32,000 nt of DNA, taken from positions 474,312 to 506,311 of the forward strand of contig CAXXGC010000009.1 of assembly GCA_963667875.2 (NCBI GenBank), given 5' to 3'. The notes below the pieces were generated by a model. The model saw only the letters and a list, made by a program, of their open reading frames with translations. It had not been told where the DNA came from and made no database searches. Numbering within the stretch: the first letter of the stretch is position 1; every line of letters starts with the position of its first letter. Both the position numbers and the translations under genes were made by a program. This DNA is from Melioribacteraceae bacterium (lineage in GTDB: Bacteria; Bacteroidota; Ignavibacteria; Ignavibacteriales; Melioribacteraceae). Below are positions 7,662-16,500 of the stretch, in pieces.

Positions 7662-8037
7662 GTTGTGGAGTCAATGAAATTTTAATGATAGCAATTGGCT
7701 TATCATTTGAATAATCAACTATTCCTCTATATTCAACACCTTCTGTCATACATCGCATCAAATAATTATATTTAGTTGGTAAATAACCCAAGGTTAAATT
7801 ATCTTTAATATTATATGCTTCTATTCTGGAATTAAAACGTATAGAAACCTCTGTGTTAAATACAGGGACATTGTGATTATTAATATAATAATCGCATTTT
7901 TCGATTTCTTCAAGAGATGTAGAAATTGCCTTAAGACAAATATCATCTGAACTACTACCACCCGCTCCTTCAACCCCTGTCTTAGTGTTATCATATGAAT
8001 GATAATCGCTAAAGTGACCAGTACCAGTACTACCCAT
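7654..8037 (-). CDS. small hypothetical protein (127 aa from ATG 8037), N-terminus MGSTGTG, C-terminal half weakly HIRAN-like
   Basis: The track gives a TTG start at 8049, which would place the GGAGGT motif (complement of 8042-8047) inside the coding region. ATG at 8037 sits 4 nt downstream of that motif and is preferred. The stop overlaps the next gene start by 8 nt (ATGAATAA). LTLGYLPTKYNYLMRCMTEGVEYRGIV resembles the HIRAN pattern iGYlp...a..l..l.d.g....g.v. This similarity was judged by eye only. Confidence 0.6.
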   Translation of the reverse strand: MGSTGTGHFSDYHSYDNTKTGVEGAGGSSSDDICLKAISTSLEEIEKCDYYINNHNVPVFNTEVSIRFNSRIEAYNIKDNLTLGYLPTKYNYLMRCMTEGVEYRGIVDYSNDKPIAIIKISLTPQHE

Positions 8038-8281
8038 TTTTACCTCCAATTATTCATTATTTAATTCTTGTTAATATTTAGTTAAAATATAAATAATTAA
8101 TCGGCTTAATATAGTAATAATTTTTTAAAATTATATAAATGTTTTACTTTTTTTTAATAATAATTAAATCTAAAATTTAATTATTGCCTTTCTTATTAAA
8201 AAATTATAAATTATACTCATACAATAATATATTAACTAAATAATAAATTTAATCTGGTTTTTTGACATAAATTGAATAAAA

Positions 8282-9466
8282 ATGAATAAAAAGATAAAAA
8301 TTCAATTAAATAAATTCCCTCAAGTGCCAAATAAGCTTAGAGAAAATAGTCCTTCTAATATTGTAAAAGATGAAGTTACTATTAAATTATCAAGATTATA
8401 TTATCACTATTACCTCGATTTTTGGGGAATAATACAATCGCATTTTACTTATAAGAATTCGGATATTTTTGAGTATTTAGTCAAATCTCCTGATTTTAGA
8501 TTCCATTTAAATGGTACGACGATTAATTCTGATCATAAGCGGATAGTTTCATATTTACTTGGACAAGCTTTTTGTAGGTATTTTTTGTACGAATTTTGTG
8601 GTATTACATATTTTGCACATATGGATAAGATAATAGATAAAACAACTCATCCTGCTTTTAATGGATTAAGAATTCAGAGAGCACTAACAGGGGATATCCC
8701 TGATTATCTATGTGCAAGGAAGGTAGATGAACCTTATATTGCAGAAGCTAAAGGTCGGTTTAATAATATAAATTTTAATTCACTTGAATTTGCAAAGTGG
8801 AGAAAACAATTTGAAAATATTATTATCTTGGATAAATCAGGGAAAAATTGTAAAATAAAGGGATTTATAGTGGCTACAAAGTTCGTAACTGATCAAAATA
8901 TAAATTCAAATAGATCAACAATTATGGCAGAAGATCCTGAAACAGGTGGGGATAATATTGGTACACGCGTAAATGGTAGTATAGGAAGGGGCTGTATTGC
9001 GATTCATTATTCTAATGTAGCCGAAAAGTTGGGTTTGCCATTAATTTCACAAGTTCTTGGAGGGAACATTATCATTAGTGAAAATTTAATTATTAAATTA
9101 CCATTATATAAATGCTTACACCCCAAATTAGAAGGTCAATCCTTTATTTCAGGTCGCAGATTCTTTGGTGAACTCAGGTGGTCAGAATTCTTCGTAAGAG
9201 AAAATTATATAATGAAAAAACTTGAGAATTCGTTAGGTGTTAACCATCCGCTATTCTTCGGATTACATCTCGATACTTTTAAGTTTCTAATAAAAGCATG
9301 TACTGTTAATTGGAATTTTCTTTCGGAAATTACTCCGTTGGAAGATGTTGAAGACGAAGAGGAGAATTTAATGTTGCTGAGAGATGGGACTGTTTCTGGA
9401 AATTTAAACTTATTTGAATTTGTAGAGCAACGAGAATTTAGACTAGGAGAATTCGAAACAATCTAA
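8282..9466 (+). CDS. hypothetical protein with PD-(D/E)xK nuclease-like motif, 394 aa
   Basis: ATG start. GDIPDYLCARKVDEPYIAEAKGRF gives a PD...(13 aa)...E-A-K arrangement typical of restriction-endonuclease-fold active sites. It is divergently transcribed from the QueC-like operon across a 230-bp AT-rich spacer. Confidence 0.45.
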   Translation: MNKKIKIQLNKFPQVPNKLRENSPSNIVKDEVTIKLSRLYYHYYLDFWGIIQSHFTYKNSDIFEYLVKSPDFRFHLNGTTINSDHKRIVSYLLGQAFCRYFLYEFCGITYFAHMDKIIDKTTHPAFNGLRIQRALTGDIPDYLCARKVDEPYIAEAKGRFNNINFNSLEFAKWRKQFENIIILDKSGKNCKIKGFIVATKFVTDQNINSNRSTIMAEDPETGGDNIGTRVNGSIGRGCIAIHYSNVAEKLGLPLISQVLGGNIIISENLIIKLPLYKCLHPKLEGQSFISGRRFFGELRWSEFFVRENYIMKKLENSLGVNHPLFFGLHLDTFKFLIKACTVNWNFLSEITPLEDVEDEEENLMLLRDGTVSGNLNLFEFVEQREFRLGEFETI

Positions 9467-9557
9467 AATAATAGAGAATTATTATGATAATTTTGTTCAT
9501 TAATATTTTTTTAGTGAAATTTGCACAATACAATTTTAAAAAAATCATTATTCGTGT

Positions 9558-10133
9558 CTAAGTATTTGATAAAATAGGCCAACCATAAATAAATCGCCAT
9601 GCTGCCTCAATTGCAATTCTTGTGTTTTTGTTTTCGAGATATCTCTTTATTTGTTGCTTTTGGCTAGGATTTAAACTTTCCAAATTTGGTAAACTTGCAA
9701 TTGAAAAATAAGAGGCTTGCCACTCTTGGTTTGATAAATTATAATACTTAATTCCTAAAGCTCCTGTGGAATTACTATTAACAAAAAAATGTGCACGGAG
9801 CCTGGAAAGGATTTTGTCAGCTTCTCCGTTATAAATTACATTTAACTTTGCAAATCTATGACAAATATTACTAGTAAATAATGAGTTGCCATTAGCCCTT
9901 TGGCTCCAAACGATTGCATTGTCAGGGAGATCACTGGGGGTTGCTAATTTTCTTAACTTATCTATGGAGTAATCAACTTGAAACCAATAAAGTCCTTGAC
10001 TGTTATAATAGTCCAATGATTTATTTGTAAACCACTTTCTTAAGAAAGTTTCAGTTTCCCATGCACTCGTGCCTCCAAAGTCCACAATTTCTCTATTCTC
10101 CCAACAAGCGGATGCAATCTGTGATAAAGTCAT
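9558..10133 (-). CDS. GIY-YIG nuclease-like protein, 191 aa
   Basis: GGAG lies 5 nt upstream of the ATG. VIYNGEADKILSRLRAHF (complement of 9786-9833) matches the Y-x-G-x-A-x5-R-x3-H-F spacing of I-TevI YVGSAKDFEKRWKRHF. The C-terminal IAIEAAWRFIYGWPILSN matches the GIY-YIG E...P..N helix. The first (GIY) strand is ambiguous. Confidence 0.4.
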   Translation of the reverse strand: MTLSQIASACWENREIVDFGGTSAWETETFLRKWFTNKSLDYYNSQGLYWFQVDYSIDKLRKLATPSDLPDNAIVWSQRANGNSLFTSNICHRFAKLNVIYNGEADKILSRLRAHFFVNSNSTGALGIKYYNLSNQEWQASYFSIASLPNLESLNPSQKQQIKRYLENKNTRIAIEAAWRFIYGWPILSNT

Positions 10134-10255
10134 TAAATCTCCAAATTAATTTTTGATTAAGTTAATAGTTTTGCATTTAAACTTTAGATGTAAACTATAA
10201 AATATACGAATTGTATTCTCCAGTTAAAAGAGGGTTGTGTTATTTGAAAATCTAA

Positions 10256-11617
10256 TTAAAAAGGTGCAATACCCGATAATTCGTGAAATAGTTTAATTGC
10301 GTAAGTGTCGGTCATTCCACTTATAAAATCAGTAATCAATAATAATTTTTTATATTTCTCGTTACCATATTTCTCAAATTTATTATTAATAAATTCATAA
10401 TTTTTTGATACTAATGCATTGAATTTACCCGGTATTGTTCGAGTATCGTCTTTTGATTCTGAAAATAATGAATCAGTAAAATATTTTAGATGAAATTTTA
10501 ATGCAGCTTGTCCGGCTAATTCACGTTTCAACACCGTTGGATGATTGAAATTATTTTTTGCTAATTTCTTGAACAGTTTGCGTATGTTAGCTGCATCTGA
10601 TGCCAATACTAAATCTTCATCAAATTCACCATTAATTATTCGTTCATAATTGTTTATAAAACAATCAACCGCTGCAACAATTAATGACGATTGAGAGCGT
10701 ATTCTATAATACTGAATTAATAGAATGAAATCAGCAGGATGATCTTTTGGTATTTTGTTTTTGTATTCATCTAAAACCTTATGTTCATTCTCTTTCTCTG
10801 AGCCTAACAAATTTTTATCAATATTATCTCTAAGCGTTTTTTCAGTTATAATCCCTTTTTTACAACCATCTTCAATATCTGAAACTGAATAAGCAATGTC
10901 ATCAGCTGCTTCGAGCAAAAATACTAATGGATGTCTTTTATTCCCTAAACCTAAACTATCTGAAATTATTTGAAAATCATCTTTTTCGGCTTGGAAATAA
11001 CCAAACTTTTTTTCACTTGATTTTGTACTCGCTTGCTTATTACCACTTATTGAAGAATGTGGGTATTTTATGATTGATGACAAAGTTGGAAATGTTAAGT
11101 TATAGCTATACTCATCAATAGCGGGTCCTAATTTTCGGAGTATTCGCAAAGTTTGGGGATTGCCCTCAAATTTTAAAAAATCATTTTTTTCTTCTTCATT
11201 CAAATCATCTAATATTTCGCTATGCGTAAAGAAATCTTGAATGCATGTTTCACCGAAATGACCAAAAGGTGGGTTCCCAATATCGTGTAATAATCCAGCA
11301 GTTGATAATAAAGAAGGAATATATCCTAAGGACTTCTCTGGAAGTTCCTTAAGCTCATATAATCTTTTTTCTACAGCCAACCCAAGACTTCTTGCAAAAC
11401 ATGATACTTCGATAGAATGTGTTAATCTAGTTCTCACAAAATCACTATCATCATAGGGGAATACTTGGGCTTTATCCTGTAACCTTCGGAAATGTGGAGA
11501 TAAAATAATTCTGGAATAATCATTATCAAAATGATTTCTAGCATCATTGTCTATAATACTGCTACGTGTATTTCTAAATCTTTTGTTTTGTAAAAGTTTT
11601 TCCCAATCTGCTTTCAT
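10256..11617 (-). CDS. dgt: dGTP triphosphohydrolase-family HD-domain protein (dGTPase-like)
   Basis: FRRLQDKAQVF, RLTHSIEVSCFARSLG and LLHDIGNPPFGHFGE are the classic Dgt/HD motifs, and DDIAYSVSDIEDG is the conserved DD motif. I prefer ATG at 11617 (MKADWEKLL), which leaves a 25-nt gap to the upstream gene. The track start at 11680 would overlap that gene by 38 nt. Confidence 0.85.
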   Translation of the reverse strand: MKADWEKLLQNKRFRNTRSSIIDNDARNHFDNDYSRIILSPHFRRLQDKAQVFPYDDSDFVRTRLTHSIEVSCFARSLGLAVEKRLYELKELPEKSLGYIPSLLSTAGLLHDIGNPPFGHFGETCIQDFFTHSEILDDLNEEEKNDFLKFEGNPQTLRILRKLGPAIDEYSYNLTFPTLSSIIKYPHSSISGNKQASTKSSEKKFGYFQAEKDDFQIISDSLGLGNKRHPLVFLLEAADDIAYSVSDIEDGCKKGIITEKTLRDNIDKNLLGSEKENEHKVLDEYKNKIPKDHPADFILLIQYYRIRSQSSLIVAAVDCFINNYERIINGEFDEDLVLASDAANIRKLFKKLAKNNFNHPTVLKRELAGQAALKFHLKYFTDSLFSESKDDTRTIPGKFNALVSKNYEFINNKFEKYGNEKYKKLLLITDFISGMTDTYAIKLFHELSGIAPF

Positions 11618-11642
11618 ATTATTTCCAATTTTATTTATGCAA

Positions 11643-11876
11643 TTACTCCTTATCCTTTGGTGGGCATGGATCATTCCCATAGCTATTCTTTTCGGAAATT
11701 TGTCCGTTTTTATTGTGGATGATTAATTCGGATTCTTGGTTTTTAGCTATTTCTTTAGCTTTTTCGACGGCTTCTTCTTTTGTCTTGGTTACTTTTGTGG
11801 CTTTTGAATTGTGTTCACCCTTAACCTGCCAACCATTTGGGTGTTTGGTTACATGCTGATTTTTACCCTTTGACAT
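11643..11876 (-). CDS. DUF2188-like small protein, 77 aa
   Basis: HVTKHPNGWQVKGEHNSKATKVTKTKEEAVEKAKEIAKNQESELIIHNKNGQISEKNSYGNDP follows the DUF2188 pattern (hv.p...gW.vk.e...ra...f.tkeeAi..a.eiAk......l.iH..dG.i......g.Dp). It sits directly upstream of, and probably co-transcribed with, the dGTPase gene. Confidence 0.65.
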   Translation of the reverse strand: MSKGKNQHVTKHPNGWQVKGEHNSKATKVTKTKEEAVEKAKEIAKNQESELIIHNKNGQISEKNSYGNDPCPPKDKE

Positions 11877-12228
11877 TTTTAATACTCTTTATTTATTTTA
11901 ATAAATGAATTTAATTCCTAACAAGTGGACAATAAAAACACTAAACTATAAATAAAATGAAGCAAGTAATGAGGAAAACCAGTCCGACAGAACCATCCTT
12001 ATATTCCCAATAAGCCAGAAAATATTCCTTCAAAATTTTACTGCGGACGAATATATAAAAAAATATTTATGTAAGCAATGTTTTTATTGTTATTTACAAT
12101 ATTTTCTATTTTAACCCCCCAGCAAACTTTTGACCCTTTTTTGTTGCATTTTGTTTTATATTACAATAATTTATGTTGTCGTTTTGAGGATATTGTTATT
12201 GTTTATTAAGGGAGAATAATTCTAAGGA

Positions 12229-12960
12229 ATGGTTAAAAAGTTAAAATCTACAGTACATACTGCCCGAACTATAATGTTTGAAGAATTGTCCAGAGTTATT
12301 AATAGTACTATTGATGATAATAAGTATATTGATTCCCTTAATGATAATATTGCCGGCAAACAAACAAAAACAAATCAAAAAAGAACTAACTCGGCTCTTT
12401 TAAGTTTATATAAGCTTGATATAAACTATACTCCCTTTTTATGTTTTAAGTATTTTTGGCAAATGGCTGATGAAAAAGAGCTGCCGATAATTACTTTGTT
12501 ATACGCAATTTGCAATGATTATTTACTTAATGAAAGTACCGATGTAATACTTTCAACACCAATTGGTGAAAAAGTTGAAAAACTAAAGTTAGAAGAGAAC
12601 ATCGAATTATTTAATCCCAACAAATATACCCCAAAAACCAAAGGGTCTTCCACAAGGAATTTAATTAGTTCGTGGAAACAAGCCGGGTATATTTCCAACG
12701 ATAAATTATGTACACGTAAGGAACAAAATCACACGTACCGGACTGTGGCGTTTGCCTTTTTAATGGCATATTTAAGTGGTGAAAGAGGAGATTTTATATT
12801 ATCAAGTAAATGGGTAAAAACACTTGCGTTAAACGATTCACGAATACGTGAATTTGCCTCGGAAGCGTCAAAACGTGATTTGCTTAAATATCAGTATGCG
12901 GGTAATGTATCTGTAATTTCTTTTGACAATCTTTTCAAAAGGTTAAATATAAATGTCTAA
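12229..12960 (+). CDS. brxA: BREX protein BrxA (DUF1819-type), called mainly by position
   Basis: First gene of a canonical brxA-brxB-brxC-pglX-pglZ-brxL array, with an 8-nt overlap onto brxB. I did not verify specific DUF1819 residues. Confidence 0.65.
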   Translation: MVKKLKSTVHTARTIMFEELSRVINSTIDDNKYIDSLNDNIAGKQTKTNQKRTNSALLSLYKLDINYTPFLCFKYFWQMADEKELPIITLLYAICNDYLLNESTDVILSTPIGEKVEKLKLEENIELFNPNKYTPKTKGSSTRNLISSWKQAGYISNDKLCTRKEQNHTYRTVAFAFLMAYLSGERGDFILSSKWVKTLALNDSRIREFASEASKRDLLKYQYAGNVSVISFDNLFKRLNINV

Positions 12961-13498
12961 CTTAGTGGATCGTCTTTTAACAGCGGTTGATATTGTGCTT
13001 CGAGAACCTTGGGCTACTTCGTTATCCGGGAAAGAACGAATGTGGTTTCTTGTTTACGATCCCGCCGAACAAAGGAAAATAAATTTACGCTTGGGAGATT
13101 TTGAATCCGTAGCAGTTAAAGCAGGTAAAAAGTGGATTGAGATCTCTTTTAAGAATGTTTTCCCAACTTGGATGGCAAACCATGAGTACAGGGATGAGTA
13201 TTTTATGGATCCCGATGGGTTAGTGGATCAACTTGAAGCGGATTTTAAAAATTATGCAATTAACCATTGCATTAAAGAACTTAATAAACTTGGGACAGAT
13301 AATAATACCTTAATTGCACTTAAAGATGTATCCTCTTTGTTTGGATTTGTAAGGTTATCTTCAGTTTTAGACGGAGTAGCCAATTCATTTAATGGCAGGG
13401 TGCTTGTTTTTTTTCCGGGTGAATTTGAAAAAAATAATTATAGATTGTTAGATGCCAGAGATGGCTGGAGTTATTTGGCACGACCAATTATTGCATAG
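12953..13498 (+). CDS. brxB: BREX protein BrxB (DUF1788-type)
   Basis: Size (181 aa), position between brxA and brxC, and the N-terminal segment ERMWFLVYDPAEQRKINLRL typical of DUF1788 proteins as I recall them. Confidence 0.7.
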   Translation: MSNLVDRLLTAVDIVLREPWATSLSGKERMWFLVYDPAEQRKINLRLGDFESVAVKAGKKWIEISFKNVFPTWMANHEYRDEYFMDPDGLVDQLEADFKNYAINHCIKELNKLGTDNNTLIALKDVSSLFGFVRLSSVLDGVANSFNGRVLVFFPGEFEKNNYRLLDARDGWSYLARPIIA

Positions 13499-13510
13499 GA
13501 GATTTTGGTT

Positions 13511-16500
13511 ATGAAAAACAATGAACTTTTTACTCTTAATCCTTCTGAAAATAATCTGATAAACGATGGTGTAGTAGAAATTAACACCGCAAAAGATGAC
13601 AAAGGGTTACAGATATTACATCACGAAATTAAGACATTTGTTTGTGAAGGCGAATATCAGAACGGCATTTATAGAATTTTGGATACTTACCTAAAACATC
13701 TTAATCAACCCAAACAACCGGCGGCTTGGGTAAGCGGATTTTTTGGAAGCGGTAAATCTCATCTGGTAAAAATACTTGGTTATTTATGGGAAGATTTTGT
13801 TTTCCCTAACGGAGATACCGCAAGAACATTAAAACCTTTACCTGCGGATATAAAAGATTTATTAGTAGAGTTAGATAGAAAGCAAAAGATATATGGTAAA
13901 CTTGCTGTTTCGGGTACACTTAAAGACTTTCCATCCGCGGATATTAGATATTCGTTTTTACAGTTATTCCTTAACGCCCTTGATCTTCCGCCTCAGTATC
14001 ATCATTTTAAGTTTGTTTATTGGGCAAAACAAGAAGGTATTTATGACGATCTTAAAACTATTATTGAAACTCAGGGTAAAGATTTTAGAAAAGAATATGA
14101 AAATCTATTTGTCTCTTCAACACTTGCAAAAGCCGTTTTACAATTAAAACCTGAATTTGCCGAAAATGAAGCAAAAGTAAAAGAAAATTTTAAGGCAAAT
14201 TTCAAAAGGGTTGATAATATTAACCGACAAGAATTAATTGATACTATAAAAAATGAAGTATTGCCATTAACTTTTGGCGATAAAGTGCCATGTACAATAA
14301 TTGTGTTGGATGAAGTACAACAATTTATTGGAACCGATGGAAATAAAACAATAGATATCCAAAATCTTGCCCAAGATATATGCAGTAATTTTGACAGTAA
14401 ATTTTTGCTTGTTGGTACAGGTCAAAACGCTCTTTCCGAAACACCGTTTTTACAACCTTTGCAGGATCGTTTTACAATAAAAGTTTCGTTATCGGATACT
14501 GATGTTGAAACTGTTACAAGAAAAACCGTATTAGAAAAAAAACCGTCGGTAGTTGCTACAATTAATAACAAACTGGAATCCGTATTGGGCGAAATATCGC
14601 GCAATTTGTCGGGTACCGAATTTGGTTATGTTACAAGTGAAAGAAATACTCTAGTTGCCGATTATCCTATTTTACCGGCTACGCGAAAATTTTGGAAAAA
14701 AATTCTTCAATCAATTGATACAGCCGGTACTTCGGGCCAGCTTAGAAGCCAGCTTAGGATAGTTGATGAGAGCATTAAACATGTAGCTGAAAAAGAACTT
14801 GGGGTTGTTGTTCCAGCGGATTTTATATTTGAACAAAAGCAGCAACAGCTTTTACAAAACGCATTATTATTAAATGAAACAAACAATATTATACAGGAAC
14901 GTAAAGTTAAAGGTGGCGATTCGCTTTTAGAGGGACGTATTTTAAGTGTTGTGTTTTTAATTGATCAACTGCCAAATGATTTACCAGGCGGTATTCTCAA
15001 ATCGGATGGAGTTACTATTGAAAACTTACTTATTGAAAACTTAAATGAATCATCCGATATCATAAGAAATAAAGTAAAAGAACTTATTAAAAAAATGGTT
15101 GAGGAAAAAGTTCTTATGCTTGTTAATGATGAATATAAATTACAAACAAAAGTTGGGGCTGAATGGGAACAAGAATATACAGCTCATGCTGTTAATATTA
15201 ATAGTACCGGTGATGATAAAATTCAACAAATTAGAAAAGATAAAATCAGCCGATTTTTTAAGGATAAAACCAAAACAATTAATATTCTGCATGGCAATTC
15301 AAAACAAAGAAGAGAATTTGAAATTTGGGACAAAACAGAAAAACCCAATTTGGAAAATAAACTTAATATTTGGATACGCGACGGTTGGTTTGAAAATGAA
15401 CTTGTAGTGTTAAACGAAATTAGAGCTGAAGGAGCCGATAAACCTTTAGCATATACTTTTGTTAGAAAATTACGCGATATGGATTTGCGTTTGGAAATTA
15501 TTAAATATATAGCTGCCGATTTAACAATTCAATCCAAAGGGCTTCCTTCAACACCGGAAGGTGAACAAGCAAAAAAAAGTATGGAAACGCGCAAAGAAAT
15601 GGCTAATAAAACGATTGAAGATATAGTTGAAAAAATATGTAATGATTCCATTGTATATTTAGCCGGAGGGAATAAAGTTGAAGTGGGTGACACAAAAGCC
15701 AACATTGACGAAGCACTTAATAATATTGCGGATAGACAGTTCCCCGAATTTAGAAGTAAAGCGGATTACAAAGATTGGGATAGGGCTTTATTAAAAGCTA
15801 TTGCAGGCGAACCTGATGCGTTAAAGAAAATTTTATGGGATAAAGAACCAAAAGACCACCCTATGGCAATAGAAATTCTCCGTTTAATAGGTAATAATAA
15901 TATTACGGGAAAAGAAATACGAAATTATTTTACAAAGTCGCCTTATGGATGGAGTCAGGATGCTATTGATACAATTATAATAATGCTTAAAAATACAGAA
16001 CACATATCAGCATCGGAGCCTTTAATTAATCAGTCAAAAATAGCTAACTCGGTTTTCAAAAAAGAAATCCATACTATTTCGGCATCCGAAAGAATAAGAA
16101 TTAGAAAGTTATATCAAGAAACCGGTATTATGTGTAAACCGGGCGAAGAGTTTTTACATTCAAACACATTGTTTAATAAATTAAAAGAATTAGCATCAGG
16201 AATTAGCGGAGATGCTCCAAAACCCGAACCGATTAATATCCAATTTATTAAAGAAATTGAAAATTTAGATGGTAATGAAAGGTTGCTGCGGATTGTTGAA
16301 GAGCAAGAAGACTTAAAAAATAAATATCTTGAATGGAAAAATAAACTTGAATTAATTAAAAAACGAGAACCTCAATGGATTTTATTAAGTGAATTAGCAA
16401 AATATGCTTCATCTCTACAAGATGTTGATTCTCTGCTTGCGGAAATAGAGGCGATAAATGAAAACCGTTTGATTTTAATGGAACCCGATCCTATTCAGCC

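Noticed and set aside
5103-8049. Reading the QueC-like operon as housekeeping queuosine biosynthesis, a Dpd DNA-modification cluster, type IV CBASS or QatABCD.
   Set aside because: The defining partners are absent from the window: queD/queE/folE/queF/tgt, DpdA/DpdB, a CD-NTase with a TGT-like gene, and the QatA ATPase with TatD. The gene set here (kinase-NDT fusion, HhH-GPD, small protein) is different. A housekeeping role cannot be fully excluded without the rest of the genome.
8117-8134. 18-bp perfect palindrome ATAATTTT-TT-AAAATTAT in the divergent control region.
   Set aside because: It is made only of A/T within a nearly pure A/T spacer, so such palindromes are expected by chance. I also declined to call -35/-10 promoters anywhere for the same reason.
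11618-11680. N-terminal extension of the dGTPase (track start at 11680, MGMIHAHQ...).
   Set aside because: It would overlap the DUF2188-like gene by 38 nt. ATG 11617 (MKADWEKLL) leaves a normal 25-nt intergenic gap and matches where Dgt homologues begin as I recall them.
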